Source: Takakia lepidozioides
Lineage: Eukaryota; Plantae; Bryophyta
Direction: 5' to 3'
Length of the DNA stretch: 64,000 bases
NCBI GenBank assembly: GCA_030704615.1
Contig: CM060732.1
Span: 55,490,001-55,554,000, forward strand
This document shows positions 36,976 to 50,500 of the stretch, piece by piece (position 1 is the stretch's first letter; each line of letters starts with the position of its first letter). The notes below the pieces were generated by a model. That model saw nothing but the letters and a program-made list of their open reading frames with translations, ran no database searches and was not told the origin of the DNA. A program made the translations under genes and the position numbers.

Positions 36976-38163
36976 GAGGAGTAGTAAATGCTGGACTCAG
37001 GCATGCTTGTCACGGAGTCATCAAGCTCTTGATAGGGAGACAGACAGTCGCAATGGAGGAATGGGGGATCCCCGGCAAGGGCTTGGTCATGATAGAAGGC
37101 CCCATGAAATTGAAACCTTTAGGTGTAGACAGGATGAAAACCATCGGCACTTTGATGATAGTAAGAGGCAAAGGAGTTTGAGTAGTGATGGGATCTACAG
37201 CTTTGAGGGAGTTAGACATACGAGACCAGAAGAAGGGAGAGGAAGTGGTTCCAAGGGCACATGGCAGGCAAGAAGACGAAACAGTGAGTCCAATGATGAG
37301 TTTCCAAGAGACAGGGACAGAGTGAAGGTTTCCAGGCAAAAAAGGTAGTACATGCTATTGAGATAATCTTCGTGCTCTCTCTCTTTCACCGTGTCTCTCA
37401 TGTACTTATTAAGGAGATGACCACATCCCAATGGACCTCAAGTGGGGAAGAGATAAGTGCCGCCACCATTTAGAGCTCAAATCACAGAATCTGCAAAGCA
37501 AAATGTCTGCTCTTTGGCAGTTTAGCATTACACATCAACTCTACACATCAACTGTCCTGTCCCTTTCGAGATGCACTCTTTCTGTGCACACCTGCGAAAC
37601 CTAGAACCATGGACTGGCACTGCATCAATAGAAACCAGGTAAATTCCCCTCTAAGAAAGAACATTAGCAGGACACCCAGATTCTGGTGGCTTCCAATTTT
37701 GTTTCTTTTCTTTCTTACCCAGGGCAATCAACACTGCACCACCCTAGAGTTGCTAGTAGCCCTTTTAGTACAACCTCCCTGAGGGTTGTCCCATATCACA
37801 TAATAGAAAATAGAAAATGGTTTAACATCCGTCAGAGCGTGTCTGGGGAAGTTGTTCAGTGTGGGGAGGAAGAAGAAGACAGGGATCTGATGTGCAGTGT
37901 GCAAAATGAGGGAGTTCGGGAGGGAGGAGGTTGAAGATGAGGCAGAAGAATTGCATAGATGAAGAGTTCTGGTACTGCTTGGGGTCACAGGTGGTGAGAT
38001 CGAGATGGGGCTATTGGAGCTAGGGTTCACAGCAGTTCTTGTTAAGATCTGCACAGGAAATGCAATGACAGAGGAGAGGTAGAGAGAAGGAGAGAGATTG
38101 TGGGTGCTGCAGGTCTTTCGTCAAAGGAGAAAAACCTGATCCGGTGGATTGGAAGAGGTGAGA

Positions 38164-40317
38164 ATGACCTCAACGCTGGCCCCCGGGCTTGCCCGGAAGT
38201 TGAAGAAGGTTCTGGAGACGCGTACAGATTCGCCCGAGTTGCTGGCATCTCTTGGCACACTCTCTACATTTTATGTAGAGAATACACTCCAATCCAGACG
38301 CAACTTGCGAGCCACGATCGAAAGTCGTGGTCTCTCTATCAATGAAGAGTTTTTGAGAGCCTCAGAGGCAGCTCAAAAGGCTCTGGATGCTGTAGAATTG
38401 GAAGTCGCTGGCTTGGCAGAGTGTTGTGACAGAATTGCGAAATCTTTGAGCAGCTGCAGCGGTACAACGAGCGAGATAGTGACGGCGACTGAACGGCTGA
38501 AGCAAGAACTGGAACACAGCACACAACGTCAAGATCTCATTGCCACTTTTTTGATCAACTATCAGCTCCGCCCTGAAGAGGTGACCTCACTACGAGAAGA
38601 GGATTTGAGTGAGAACTTCTTTAAAGCACTGATACGTGTCCAGGAAATTCATGCCAACTGCAAAGTGTTGCTACGGACGCATCACCAGCGGGCGGGACTG
38701 GAGTTGATGGACATGATGGCAGTCTACCAGGAGGGAGCTTATGAGCGGCTATGCAGGTGGGTGCAGGCCGAATGCCGGAATCTGGGGGATAATGATACTC
38801 CTGAGGTAAGCGACCTGCTTAAGACTGCTGCTGGATCCCTGAAAGATAGACCTGTGCTCTTCAGATACTGTGCTGAAGAGGTAGCTAACACACGGCACAA
38901 TGCCTTGTTTCGGAGATTTATAAGTGCGCTCACGCGGGGTGGGCCTGGAGGAATGCCAAGGCCTATTGAAGTGCATGCACACGATCCGCTGCGCTATGTT
39001 GGGGATATGCTTGCCTGGCTACATCAGGCACTGGCCTCAGAGAGGGAACTATCTATGGCACTTTTTAGCACCGATGCTACCTTGGGCACGTCATCACGAC
39101 GGTTTTCTACAGAGGCTTCCCAGCTAGTGTCGACAAAATCAGGTCGAGTCTCCAAGGAATGGGAATCAGAGGGTGTGAAGACGGAGGGAGATATGGCTTT
39201 TGTGCTAGATCGCGTGTTTGAGGGTGTTTGCCGGCCCTTTAAAGTGCGGGTGGAGCAAGTGTTGCAATCACAACCTAGCTTGCTACTGGCATTCAAACTC
39301 AACAACCTTCTTGAGTTCTACAGTCACACCGTGTCCGAGTTGCTAGGTCAGGGTGCAGCCCTGTCGGTAACAATTAGGGAAGTGCGGGATGCTGCCCAGC
39401 GCACTGTGTTTAACATTATGAAGGGCCGTGGGGACAAGCTGCTGCGATACCCTGCCGCCGTTGCTGTGGATCTTTCTCCCCCTCCTGCTGTTGCGGAGAC
39501 TGTATCACTGCTGCTGGAGCTCATTGACAACTATGAGAGCATGATGGTGCCCGAAGGCAGCAAAAAGCCAGATTTTGAGCCTGTGATTGCAGCTACTCTG
39601 GACCCCCTTATACAAATGTGTGAGCAGTCAGCTGAGGCTTATGGAGTCAAGTTATCAGGTGTCAGACGCAACAACAGTGGGCTCTCAGATTCTGGGCGCA
39701 GGCTTGGAGGCTTGTCGTCCTCATCAGTGGAGACCACATTGGATGGCAGCTCGATGTCTCTTTCTGCCCTGGGAGTACTGACAGTCCGCACAATATTCTT
39801 AGTGAACTGCCTGGCGGCAATTCAGCAACCATTGGTAGTTTACAAGGTGGCAGATGCTTATGTCGGGTCTCTGGGTGCAAGGATTGAGAGCCACGTTGCT
39901 GCACTAGTTGACCAAGAAGTGGGCATAATTCTTGAACGGTGTGGGCTTCAGAAGAAAGTGGCCTACATCAAGGATCGATTGCTGAAAGGCACGCAGCCCG
40001 AAATTGTGTTGAAGGAAGAGGAGAGCGACGAGGACAAGCCAATGGCAGAAAGTGATGGGATGCACCCCGCTGCTGTATCAGAGTCTCTCAGACTTTTCTT
40101 TGGTCTTGTGGCTGGGAATGAAGGGGCTGTCCCTGAGTTTGAGCAGATACAGGTCCCACAACTAAGAAGTGAAGCATGTGTGCGTGTGGCAAGAGCATTA
40201 GCTGATTCTTATAAAGTTGTGTACAATGCGGTGTCAGATCCCGCCAGTGGATACCCTGAACCCAAGACCATGCTCCGGCATTCTCTGGAGCAGATGAATA
40301 CTATTCTTGGACTATGA
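38164..40317 (+). CDS. COG6: Conserved oligomeric Golgi complex subunit 6 (717 aa, intronless CDS)
   Basis: LAPGLARKLKKVLE start and RRFISALTRGGPGGMPRPIEVHAHDPLRYVGDMLAWLHQALASERE are COG6 hallmarks. First ATG is at 38164 (the track start at 38149 is TTG). Likely 5'UTR intron at 37639-37722. Confidence 0.96.
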   Translation: MTSTLAPGLARKLKKVLETRTDSPELLASLGTLSTFYVENTLQSRRNLRATIESRGLSINEEFLRASEAAQKALDAVELEVAGLAECCDRIAKSLSSCSGTTSEIVTATERLKQELEHSTQRQDLIATFLINYQLRPEEVTSLREEDLSENFFKALIRVQEIHANCKVLLRTHHQRAGLELMDMMAVYQEGAYERLCRWVQAECRNLGDNDTPEVSDLLKTAAGSLKDRPVLFRYCAEEVANTRHNALFRRFISALTRGGPGGMPRPIEVHAHDPLRYVGDMLAWLHQALASERELSMALFSTDATLGTSSRRFSTEASQLVSTKSGRVSKEWESEGVKTEGDMAFVLDRVFEGVCRPFKVRVEQVLQSQPSLLLAFKLNNLLEFYSHTVSELLGQGAALSVTIREVRDAAQRTVFNIMKGRGDKLLRYPAAVAVDLSPPPAVAETVSLLLELIDNYESMMVPEGSKKPDFEPVIAATLDPLIQMCEQSAEAYGVKLSGVRRNNSGLSDSGRRLGGLSSSSVETTLDGSSMSLSALGVLTVRTIFLVNCLAAIQQPLVVYKVADAYVGSLGARIESHVAALVDQEVGIILERCGLQKKVAYIKDRLLKGTQPEIVLKEEESDEDKPMAESDGMHPAAVSESLRLFFGLVAGNEGAVPEFEQIQVPQLRSEACVRVARALADSYKVVYNAVSDPASGYPEPKTMLRHSLEQMNTILGL

Positions 40318-41340
40318 GCCATTTTTCTCTTAGGAAGGTAGAGATGAGGCCAGCACCTCACAAATGTTGTGTAATGACTGTTGTCATAAGTGCGACTCCT
40401 GAAGAGTTGGGTTTCTCTTGGTAATGATTTGCAAAGGCTTACTGAATGGGATGTTTCTAGCCGGAAGGGGTTACAGGTTGTTGCAACAAGATGTGAGTTG
40501 GGAATGTGACAGAGATGGTGTCAAAGACATGGTGACAAAAGCTTCTTTTGACCAGAGACTTGAATGGGGTTCTCCCAATTAAATCCTGTGTGTGAATAGT
40601 TACTCAATCGAAAGGTCAGTCTGCAAACATGTTTGAGGTGTTATCTACACCTCTGCTGTCTGCCCTGCTGCTCCTAACTGTAGAAGTATAACCTGACATA
40701 ATCAGTAAAAGAAACTACTACTCCTTCAATTCCTTTTTAGCATGATGATGCTGAGCTTCTCTCTTGGAAATCTCCGGTCATGATTGCGATAATGGCACCG
40801 GTTCCCTGCAGCTTCCGAATACATCACACTCATTCATTCCTAAATGAAGAAAAATGTAGTAAATCGAAATCTGTAAGAGTTCTGGATCTTTGACTCCCTA
40901 CACGCTTCTAGTTGCAAAAGTACAGGCATAAATTTGGTGGAGCCACTCCATCTAGCAGTGATGATCAACTCGGATGGTCCAATAATGCACAGTGAATAAA
41001 GTCGAGAAAAGACCCAAAGATCCACCGTTGCCGCTTTTTCATCGACATAGATTTGTGCATTCAGATCCATTGGCAAAGCTATTCATCATTTAGCAAAAAG
41101 TCTCCAAGTCTGATAAAGTCCAACAACCTCAAGTCACCCTCAACTTGGCGCTCCTTTCCCTGCAATCCTCCCCACCGTCGAGATCCTTCAGACGACAAAC
41201 TTCCAATCCCAATGCCATGTGGGGCTACTTACTGCACTGTACTTTCCAAATTCCCAGTGCTTTTATAATGCGATCACGCCCTCGGTACTACCCCTCCGCA
41301 ACCAGACCAGACCACACCTACTACACCAACACACACACGC

Positions 41341-41343
<3 letters not shown>

Positions 41344-41376
<33 letters not shown>
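41344..41376 (+). repeat. (CT)n microsatellite in the 5' region of ACBP copy A
   Basis: Direct reading. Confidence 0.9.
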
Positions 41377-41381
<5 letters not shown>

Positions 41382-41827
41382 TTTCTGTTCTCGGGAGTCG
41401 TGCGAGAGACAGATGGGGAGTGCGAAGAATGCCGCTTGTGAGGGTTTGAGATCCGGACCGGCTGCTGGGCCGGTAGTGCTGACTGGTGACCGACGGTGCG
41501 AGGACATAGTGACTGGTACCCGCCGGTCGTGTTGACTGGTGACCGACGGTGCGAGGTCATAGTGACGGGTGGACGACGGTCGTACCTACCGGTGATAGAC
41601 GGTGTGAGGGCGTAGCGACCGGTGACGTCCGGTTCGCCCGGTGCATGTCTTCGTCTGTGAGTCACTCTGTTGCCTCTTATCATCTTTTCTGTGTTTCTTC
41701 TGCGTCCAGATTTGTCGGCCTCACGAGCGTAGGTGCCAACTCCCTGCGGATTCCTTTCTCTCAATTGAGGACACATCGTTCAAGTGTTGGATTCATTGAA
41801 TTTGAGTTTTTGAGAGTCGTTCAGGCC

Positions 41828-44800
41828 ATGGCGGAATGGGAAGAGGTACTGCAGGCCTCCATCATAGGCCTCATATTTGCTTTCATGGTGACAAAGCTTG
41901 TCACCCTCATAGTGTCCTTTCGCGGGGGTAATTTTCGAGTGGCGCGTGGGGATGGTTCTGCCGTGGGGTTCATTGCGGAGCCCGAGTTGGCCCCCGAAGA
42001 GCTCAATTGCTCCTTTGTTCCTTTGGATGATGCAGCAGATTCTGATGTGTCTGCAGAGGATTCAATTTCTGGCCATGATTCGGATTCTGGAACAGACATT
42101 CCTTCTGTGTTGGTTGAAAATGTGGGGGAATCTGGGCTTGACCTTCAGAAGGTCGACAAAGAAGATGATAGGATAGGCATTTCTGGCGATAAGCATGAGG
42201 GAGCAGAAGATAGGGTTGCATTCTATGGTGAACATTCTTTGAAAAAAATGGTAAGTTATGACCATCTTCATCCTTGTTACTCAAAATCTGGTGTATCAAT
42301 TGAAAATTTGAATTTGACAAAGCTTACTGACGTTCAAGTACACTCAAGCTACACATTAGATACTCCTTGGAGTATGGAATTTGAACCTTTTCAGTAATGA
42401 GATGTTCAAGAATGACTGCATGAAACCCTCGAATATTTGGTGAGGGTCGTCAGGTTTAATAATTTGGTCTGGATGTGAATTTGCCCACGGTAGGTTGCTC
42501 CTGGTTGGTTAAAATCAGCCACAAAAGTGGCCTGAGCATATGTAAGGGACTAACCAGGCTTGCTTCCTTGAATGGATGCTCCACAGAGCTTAATATTGGG
42601 GTGATGGAGCTTAGGGTAATGGACTGATCCTCTAGGCTGTACATTAGGTTTACCTCATACACTGAGGATATCGAGAGGCAGAACTGCAAACACTTAAGGA
42701 AAACTTGCAAACCTGATCACATAGGATTGCAAACTTTACTGCAAGACAAGTATTGAAGTTGTGTAAACTGGGGAATCATTACTGGCAGATTCAAGGAATG
42801 AGGAAATTCATTTGGTGGATGTGCCCTGTCGGCCACCAGGATAGGGATATTTTCCCTATTCACGTGTGAGTTGTAAGACTCCTGTGGGAGTTTCTGGCTT
42901 CTCACAGATGTTTGTACATGGACTTAATCATGTCCTCCCAGAAAGTGCAACTTCAGATAACCCTAGGGTTATAGACTCACCGGAGCGCCTGTGCAACACA
43001 CCTGGATCAGATTGTGCAATGCTGAATCTGCCCTGTGCATTGAGTAGAATTGGAAATAAGTACTATTTTCATGCAGGGCATCTGCTCAAAAGCACGATTA
43101 CCTTTTGAGATGCTTGAAGTGAAGGTTTCAATCAAAAGCCCTCTCATGTAAAGTCCCTGTGACTGTGTGTCTTTGGAGGTCATGTTTGTTGGATAGGTTA
43201 GAAAATTAGGTTGCGTATGGATCAATAGTTCAATGTCCTCAAGGATCCAGTGAGGGATTCAAAAGCTTCTCTTCTCTTATAGAGAGGCCTCTGTGGTTGA
43301 GAGAATTCTGGACAGTACAAGAGTATTGGTCCGAAAGCTGCAGTTGTGAAGAGGACAAATGACTTTCAACCATGCCCAGTGTCCCTTGGTGGGGCTCTTT
43401 ATTGGTGGCTTAATGTGTTGTTGTGAGATGCTGGATCACAAAGGCTGTCAGAAGAACCTTTCTAGCATCTAGAGTACTAAGAATTGACTGTCCATCGACT
43501 CTAGGATATATTATTTCATACGAAGAATCTGGAAGCACTGATTTATAGGTAAAAGTAGTTGTGTTTCTGGAAACTGCATGATCTTGTGGAGTGCCTTTCT
43601 GTGTTCTCAGCTGATGATTACATCAACTGCTTTTTTCCGCAGACTGATGAAGCACATATGGATGCGGTTGCCATGAAAGAGGTTGAGGAGGGGGAGGATA
43701 CTGATGAGTGGGAGGGTGTGGAAAGCTCCGAGTTAGAGGAACTCTTTGGGGCAGCGTCATCTTATGTTGCATCCATGGTGGCATTACCTGATGTGAAGCC
43801 TTCAAGCGATGCCATGCTCCAGTTGTATGCTTTCTATAAAATTGCAACGGAGGGACCCTGCTCTACTTCTCAGCCATCTCCTTTCAAACCGTCAGCCCGT
43901 GCCAAATGGTATGGAATTGACTCTTGTACCTCTTTAAATGTCCTGTAAGGGTTGTACTACTTATGAGGAACACTTGAAATTGAGGAGGTGCAACTTGGCC
44001 ACCAGAGAAATATCAGGAAGACTCGTATTTGCAAAGCAAGCTATCTTTCAAGCCTTGATCTTAGAGGGTTTGCCTTTTGTCATACAATTTCATTGTTGGG
44101 TTACAAGTTCATCATGGTCATCTACTATTATGGGTATCGGTCAAGGGGTAAAAGTAGAGTATGCGGTGACAGAGAGTTACACTGGCAGGCTCTGAGAGCG
44201 AGATGATAAAGGAGGGGGCCATTGTGGTGGCATATATTGTGCAAGGAACGCTTGGCAGAAGCTGGGCAACCTGGCACCAGAGGAGGCCATGCAGGACTAC
44301 ATAGCTGTCTTGACGAGTATAAATCCCACCTGGCATCAAGGCGTCCAAAAGGTACCAACCTTTAGACGCTGCCTTTTCACTTCTATCTGTCTTGCCCCTC
44401 CCTTGTCTCTCTCCCTTTTGCTCTCCCTTTTGCTTTCCCTCTTTCCAGGGCATAGCAAGAGGTAGAGGGGAACCATACCAGTCCCCTCCTAAATCCATTA
44501 AAGTTTAACCTGGAACTTGAGTATCTATGGGTCTGCAGTATGTTAACCACAATCAGCGCTCACTGAGAGAACCTCAATATGGCTGAACTTCCAGACAAAG
44601 AAACCCCCTGAGGAGAAAATGGAGCAGACGGGGGCAAGCAGCTCGCAAACTAGTGGTCAAATGGGTCCAGTTTTCAGCTCACTGGCAATGAGCGAGGAAG
44701 GTGTTGAAGAGGAGGGGTGGGTTCTCATCTACTGGGCTTCTTGTTGTTATTTGAAGTCAATATGTGGAGTGCTGTCTTTCCAGCAAACTGTGTGTCACAA

Positions 44801-45831
44801 CATAATTTGGAAATTGCAAATATGAATGATAATTTCCTTAACAAGATGGTTACCGCTATTGCAAGGCATACCATCGCTCGCAATAAATCCTCGGCTCTGG
44901 AATGCTGTGCAGATGCATGGAGGCGATCCATGCATGTGCCAGAGAGGGCGACCTTGTTGGCCTTCGCCAATTGCTGGATAAGGGCACCGCAGTTGATCTG
45001 ATAGGTAAGCTGACCACACAGCATGATGTGTAATCCGAAAATGACATTTTCACGAACCAAGGTCGAGTCCATGTGAGTGTCTCTAAGTTTCATGGGGCTT
45101 TTGTGATGGATTCTAAAGCATTTGGCTTTGTGAAGGTAGTCACAGCTAGTCTATATCAGTAATTTCAGTTGCACTCAAGCCTATTGGTGGCAACTGGTGA
45201 CCCTGTGGCTTCGCGAATTGATGCTGACCTTGCTCTGTGCAGACAGTGATGGTCGTACACCTTTGATTTGGGCAGCTGATCGCGGTCAGTTGAGTGCAGT
45301 GGAGTTTCTTCTAGTAAAGGGTGCAGAGATTAATGCTAAGGTAAAACCTGATCTCTGCCTGTCATCCAAGTTATGAGAAACCTGATCTTTCAAGGATTTT
45401 GTCTTTATCATAACTTCGCCAATGCAGTTTGTACTCTGTAATGTAAGTGTAAACATAATTGATTGAGAAGAAGTGGACCATCGAAGCATCAACCCAAGTA
45501 GGATAGTTGAGTTAATCTGGGCTACTTCGTAAAGCCAGACATAAACAATAGGTCTCTTCGGTCACCATCTTGATGGAGCTCTTCATGAGTAGTGACCTTA
45601 AATGAAAAATGCATCCTTTGGTTGTCACTTTTGATGAGTTGGGCTCTGCCTGGTTCGCAGGATATAGAGGGACAGACAGCTTTACATTACGCCACAATAT
45701 GTGAGCAAGAGAAAGTTGCCATGCACCTGCTTGAGCATGGCGCTGACATGACGATTGAGGACAACGAAAATAATACAGCACTGAGTCTCTGCCCTGCTCA
45801 CTGGCAGTGGATGCGGTCCACTCCCACTTAA
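41828..45831 (+). CDS. ACBP: Membrane-anchored acyl-CoA-binding protein with ankyrin repeats, copy A; exons 41828-42250, 43643-43908, 44246-44351, 44595-44716, 44913-45004, 45243-45340, 45661-45831
   Basis: N-terminal TM (LQASIIGLIFAFMVTKL), acidic linker, ACB domain (EWEGVES.EL..F.AA...LQLYAFYKIATEGPC...ARAKWNAWQKLG), GPVFSSL, ankyrins (GRTPLIWAADRG, GQTALHYA); all GT-AG and in phase. Confidence 0.93.
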
Positions 45832-47504
45832 AACTTTCTCACTCCCTTTCTTCCCTGTCCCTTTCTCTCTCTGGCGAATCCCGAACTCAGCAACCAATTT
45901 GGCCATTTAAAAGCTATGGAGAATATCTACGTACAGACAAAAATGGATAGCTTTTGCAGAATCCATCCAGTTGCTCTCCATTGTCTGCTTGTTTCTGGCC
46001 CTCTGGGTTGCGCTTCTCAGTTCTTTCATTTTGACTTTGACATGTATGAGATTGTCCCTAAATTCAAGAAAGATCTGGTGAATTGGCTGGAGATTCTGGT
46101 TCTTGCTTGTGATACTGATGGCAGTGACAGTGTACTGAACGGTTGTTTTGACCGACCCTCGAGGGCATGGGGTGCAAGATCCTAACCGTCTTGTAGCTGA
46201 TTGAGGGATTTTACCCACAGTGCATGACTCGGAGCCTAGCCTGAAATTACTGTAGTTATTGCGGACAGCAGATGGTAATCTGATCAGGGCTCATGAAAAG
46301 AGAGTACCGGTTTAGCATTCATGGGACTTACAGCCTGGAATATACTAGGTGCAGGAGCCCACTAGGTAGGCCTGTCATGCCACAGCCTCAGCATCTCAGG
46401 CTTAAATTTGCATAAGCTTATGTGGAGGTGTTCCAAAGCAGCCAACCCAAGTGGGGTCACCCACCCACTGGGCACTCCTAAAGTTGTATACAAGTCAGCC
46501 TCATGGCAACCAGCTTGCTGGAAGATTGCTCATGCCCACAGTGATCTATCTCAGTAACTGGCAAGCAAAACTGCGCTCAATGATTCACAAGTAACTTGTT
46601 CTCTTTCTGTCTGTGTATATGGCTCACTTTCATGTGATCATTTCTGCATGAAATCTGTTTTCTATCAATGCTTGTCTTGTTGGGTACATAGGGACATTTA
46701 TTTTTCAAACTTGACAGAATGAGTGGTCTTCATGCTTGCTGCACAAGGTGCAAGAACAAATCAACATTAAAACAAAAGTGTGGGCTTCTACTATCATTCA
46801 GATACACCACATTTCATATTTCTGCCAGAGCAGAAGATATAGGATACCCAAGTTCCAACGGCCAATAATTTGTCCAATTTCTTTCAAGATCAACTTGAAT
46901 GTATGAGGATGCACCATTTCAGTTTGGAATGGCAAGGCCTGCATACATCAAGCACTTTATTAACAAGATATGCGGACATTAACAATATATGCATTTTCTG
47001 ACAGTACCTTTGAGAACATGAGGCCACAGAGCTCACTTTCCAATTATTGTGCACCTGAGAAGAGTCATCTCGGTTGTGACTCGATCTATGTACTAATTTC
47101 AAATCGTCCCTGGTGGGACCTTGGTTCACATCCACTGTTTGCAATGTACATTCATGATCTCTCAACCTGTCTGTACTCGACCACTATGGTCTGTTCACAG
47201 ATGGTTAACTGTACATATCTGTATTGCGAGTGAGAACCAGGACCACCAGCCGATTCACCAGATCTTACATGAATTTATGGCAATCTCGCACTCGCCACAG
47301 TCGAAATGAAAGAGAACTGAGGAGCACCCAGGAAGGCCAGAGCAAGCAGACAGCAGAGAGCAACTGGACCAATTCTGCAACAGCTGTCGGTGTTTGTTAT
47401 GTACATAGGTGCTCTCCATTGGCTGTCAGGGCGGCCGACGTAGATGCTCTGCTGAAAAGAGGTCAGACAGAGAAAGATTAAAAAGAGGGAGATACATGAC
47501 AATC

Positions 47505-50500
47505 TTAAGTTGGGGTGCCCCTCATCCACTGCCAGTGAGGAGGGCAGAGGCTCACTGGCATAGACCCGTCATTGTCTTCAATTTTAGTATCAGCACCATG
47601 CTGCAGGAGGTGCATAGCAACTTTCTCTTGCTTGGCACATGTGGCATAGCGCAATGCCGTCTGCCCCTTAAAATCCTGCATTCCACAAAGAGCCCAAACT
47701 CATTAAGAGGACTAAATCAACATTTGGTTAAGTTTGCATTTGCATTTGAGGCTGCTTGTCCAGAACTGCTACATCATGATGAAGCTGCAAAAGTAACCCC
47801 AACTTGATGTACTTGACTCTCTGTGACTGCTCTCCCTATTGGTAGAGAAGGCCATAATTTCCAGGGTGACTGTATGGTGAGTCATTCAGCCTGAATATCT
47901 GGCTATCTGGACGTACGTGACAAACTGGAAACATACCCTTTACCTCTGATACTGACTGACCGACTTCATGCCTCTACAACAGTTATCCTCTCTTCACAGC
48001 AATTTTCCCTGGAATAGAAAGGCACACCGGGATGGAATTCACGTAGGGGTTTGGCTTTTAGTTCTTTTGTGATCATTGATGTCGCACTTGTCTGACGACT
48101 TCCAGAAGCATTTGAAAAGTTTTGAATGGGAGGTCAGACTTGAAAAATGAGGTTTACAATCCACAATAAGATGATTGAGAGATCAGGTTGACCTTAGCAT
48201 TGATCTCTGCACCCTTTGATAGAAGAATCTCTACTGCACTCAACTGACCGCAATATGCCGCCCGAATCAGCGGTGTAAGGCCATGAGTATCTGCATAAGC
48301 TCAAGCAGTCACATGTGGCCTTTTAGCATCCACCAGAAACTCCACAGAGAAGCCCACTACTTCAGACAAATCTGAATTGCCCTTCTTCAGAGCAGCACAG
48401 AAATTGGAAATCTGAAACTGAACAATGGGAGATAAGATTGACAACCGCAACAGCCAAAGCCAAAGTAAGTGCACCAGCAAGGCAATGCCCCTTCCTACAG
48501 CTGGGTGAGCCATGTCACTAAACCCAGAACAAGTGAACAACATATCCAAGATTAGAGGGTTACGGTTAGCAGGTACATGGCAACTACTCTGAACACTTAC
48601 ACCTGCACAGAATGCTCATGCGGTCCTGGGTCTGGAACCAGGAAGGGCAGGTAGGACAAAAACTTGTTCATCTCACTTTACTGACAAGTTGCTACCAGCC
48701 ACAACTCACATTGATTTGATGGCTTGTTTACCACATGATTGATGATGGTAATCTGTTGGATGCTTTGGAATACTGACACAAATCAGTTATCCCTACTTTA
48801 GGCATACTATGACCAACAGGAGGTGTCAGGAACAACATACACTGAGGACCTCAAGTAGATCCACTGTAACTGGCCGTTTCGTCAAAAACCATTCCCAGAT
48901 TATACCCTGGTGTGGAGCAAGCTTACCTTTCAGATCAACTGGGATGCCCTTACCCAGGAGTTGGCCAAGGCCCAACAGGTCGCCCTTTTCGGCACACACA
49001 TGAATTTCCTCCATACTTCTGCCAAGCCACAAGTGCGAGCAATGTTAGGTCGAACTGATTGCAGCTGCACTCTTTGGAAGACACATCATTCGACCTGATT
49101 AGATGCTTTCAGAAGTCGGGTGATATTATAATCTGTGCCCAGCAACCAGCCTGAGTACATTGTGGTCCCCTGTCCTCAGCTCACAAGAGGTCTGAGAAAT
49201 CCCTCATTGGCTGCCCTACCCCTTCTAGTTTGACTCGCAAAAGTCGTCTTGTCATCACACTGATTGTCTTCCAGAAGAAATGAAACTCCAGACAGGGACA
49301 TAATGGATCAAAAAGAGTCAACGATATGAACACTGCAATAGAAAGAATCTCACCCCTCATCATCAACACCTTGTTCTGGTGAGCTGAAAACTGGGCCTTT
49401 CTGATCAAGTAGCTGTGAGCTGCCCGAGCTCTCCAACATCTCCTCGGGTAGCTTCTTGCTCTGAAAGTTTGCGCAGGCAACACTGGATTTACTCATTCAA
49501 TTTCCTTTGTGATCTCTGTTGATGCTAAACAACTGCAAATCCTACTGGGTTAAGGGCTGGCATGAGGGAGGGAAACTAGTCAAAATGAAAGGAGAAATTA
49601 ATTACCTCCACAGGAGACACCAAGGGCCCGAGGTACAGAAGCGGAAGGACACATGAGAACCATAGAAAGAAAACAATAGCGCCACACATTTGAACTACAG
49701 AAACCACAGAACCCAAAAAGGCTCAAAAGTGCACAAAGGCAGAGCACCTAATGCAGGTGAACTGCTAGGGATTGCTCTGTAAAAGACACCAGTATCTGCC
49801 CTGGATCTGCGACAGCGAGGGCGAGAGATTGTACTCATAAGACGTTGTTTGCCGTAGCCTTGTGGCCATTGACCCCGCGCCCAGTTTGAGCGGGAACAAA
49901 AGGGACAGAACCTACCTCTGTCAGGGGCTGACGTTGGTAGTAAGACTTACCTCCATATAAAGAATTAATCCGGGTTTTCCAGATATCCTCTAGAAATCCC
50001 TTCACACAAGCATCAATCTGCTGTGTGTGATTTGCCCAAAAACTAGGCCTCAGGAGGGCCTGGGCTTTTGGCTCAGCCTCGAGACTTTCAAAGTTGGTAA
50101 ACAGGGATACAGGCACAATTCCCTTAATAGATTTGAAGAGAGCGTCTCTTTGGTGAGAGAACCCCGGACAGTGTATCAGAAAATGAATACTGTCTTCAGA
50201 TTGCCCACACAACGGGCAATTGCACTCTCCCTTTCCTCTCTGCTTCTGTTTGCTGTTCAAAGGTAGGCTTCCTGCCCTGAGTTTAAATTTCAGTCTAGTG
50301 CCGAGAGTGGGTAGACCCTTGAGGTCATCCAAGATGTCCTCCCCCATGTCACAGACTGGAAACAAGTTCAGGGAAGTTTTCTGCCTAACTTCATTTTCAT
50401 CAGACAATCTCATGGCAACAGACATGGCTGAGGACACTACAGCCTCTAAGTCAGATTTATCCAGCAGGGTCAAGACTTGCGGATCCAGGTCCAGGTCCTT

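Noticed and set aside
41549-41827. N-terminal extensions of the ACBP exon-1 ORFs (also 54249-54476)
   Set aside because: Not conserved at the protein level between copies; both have a good-context ATG at MAEW.
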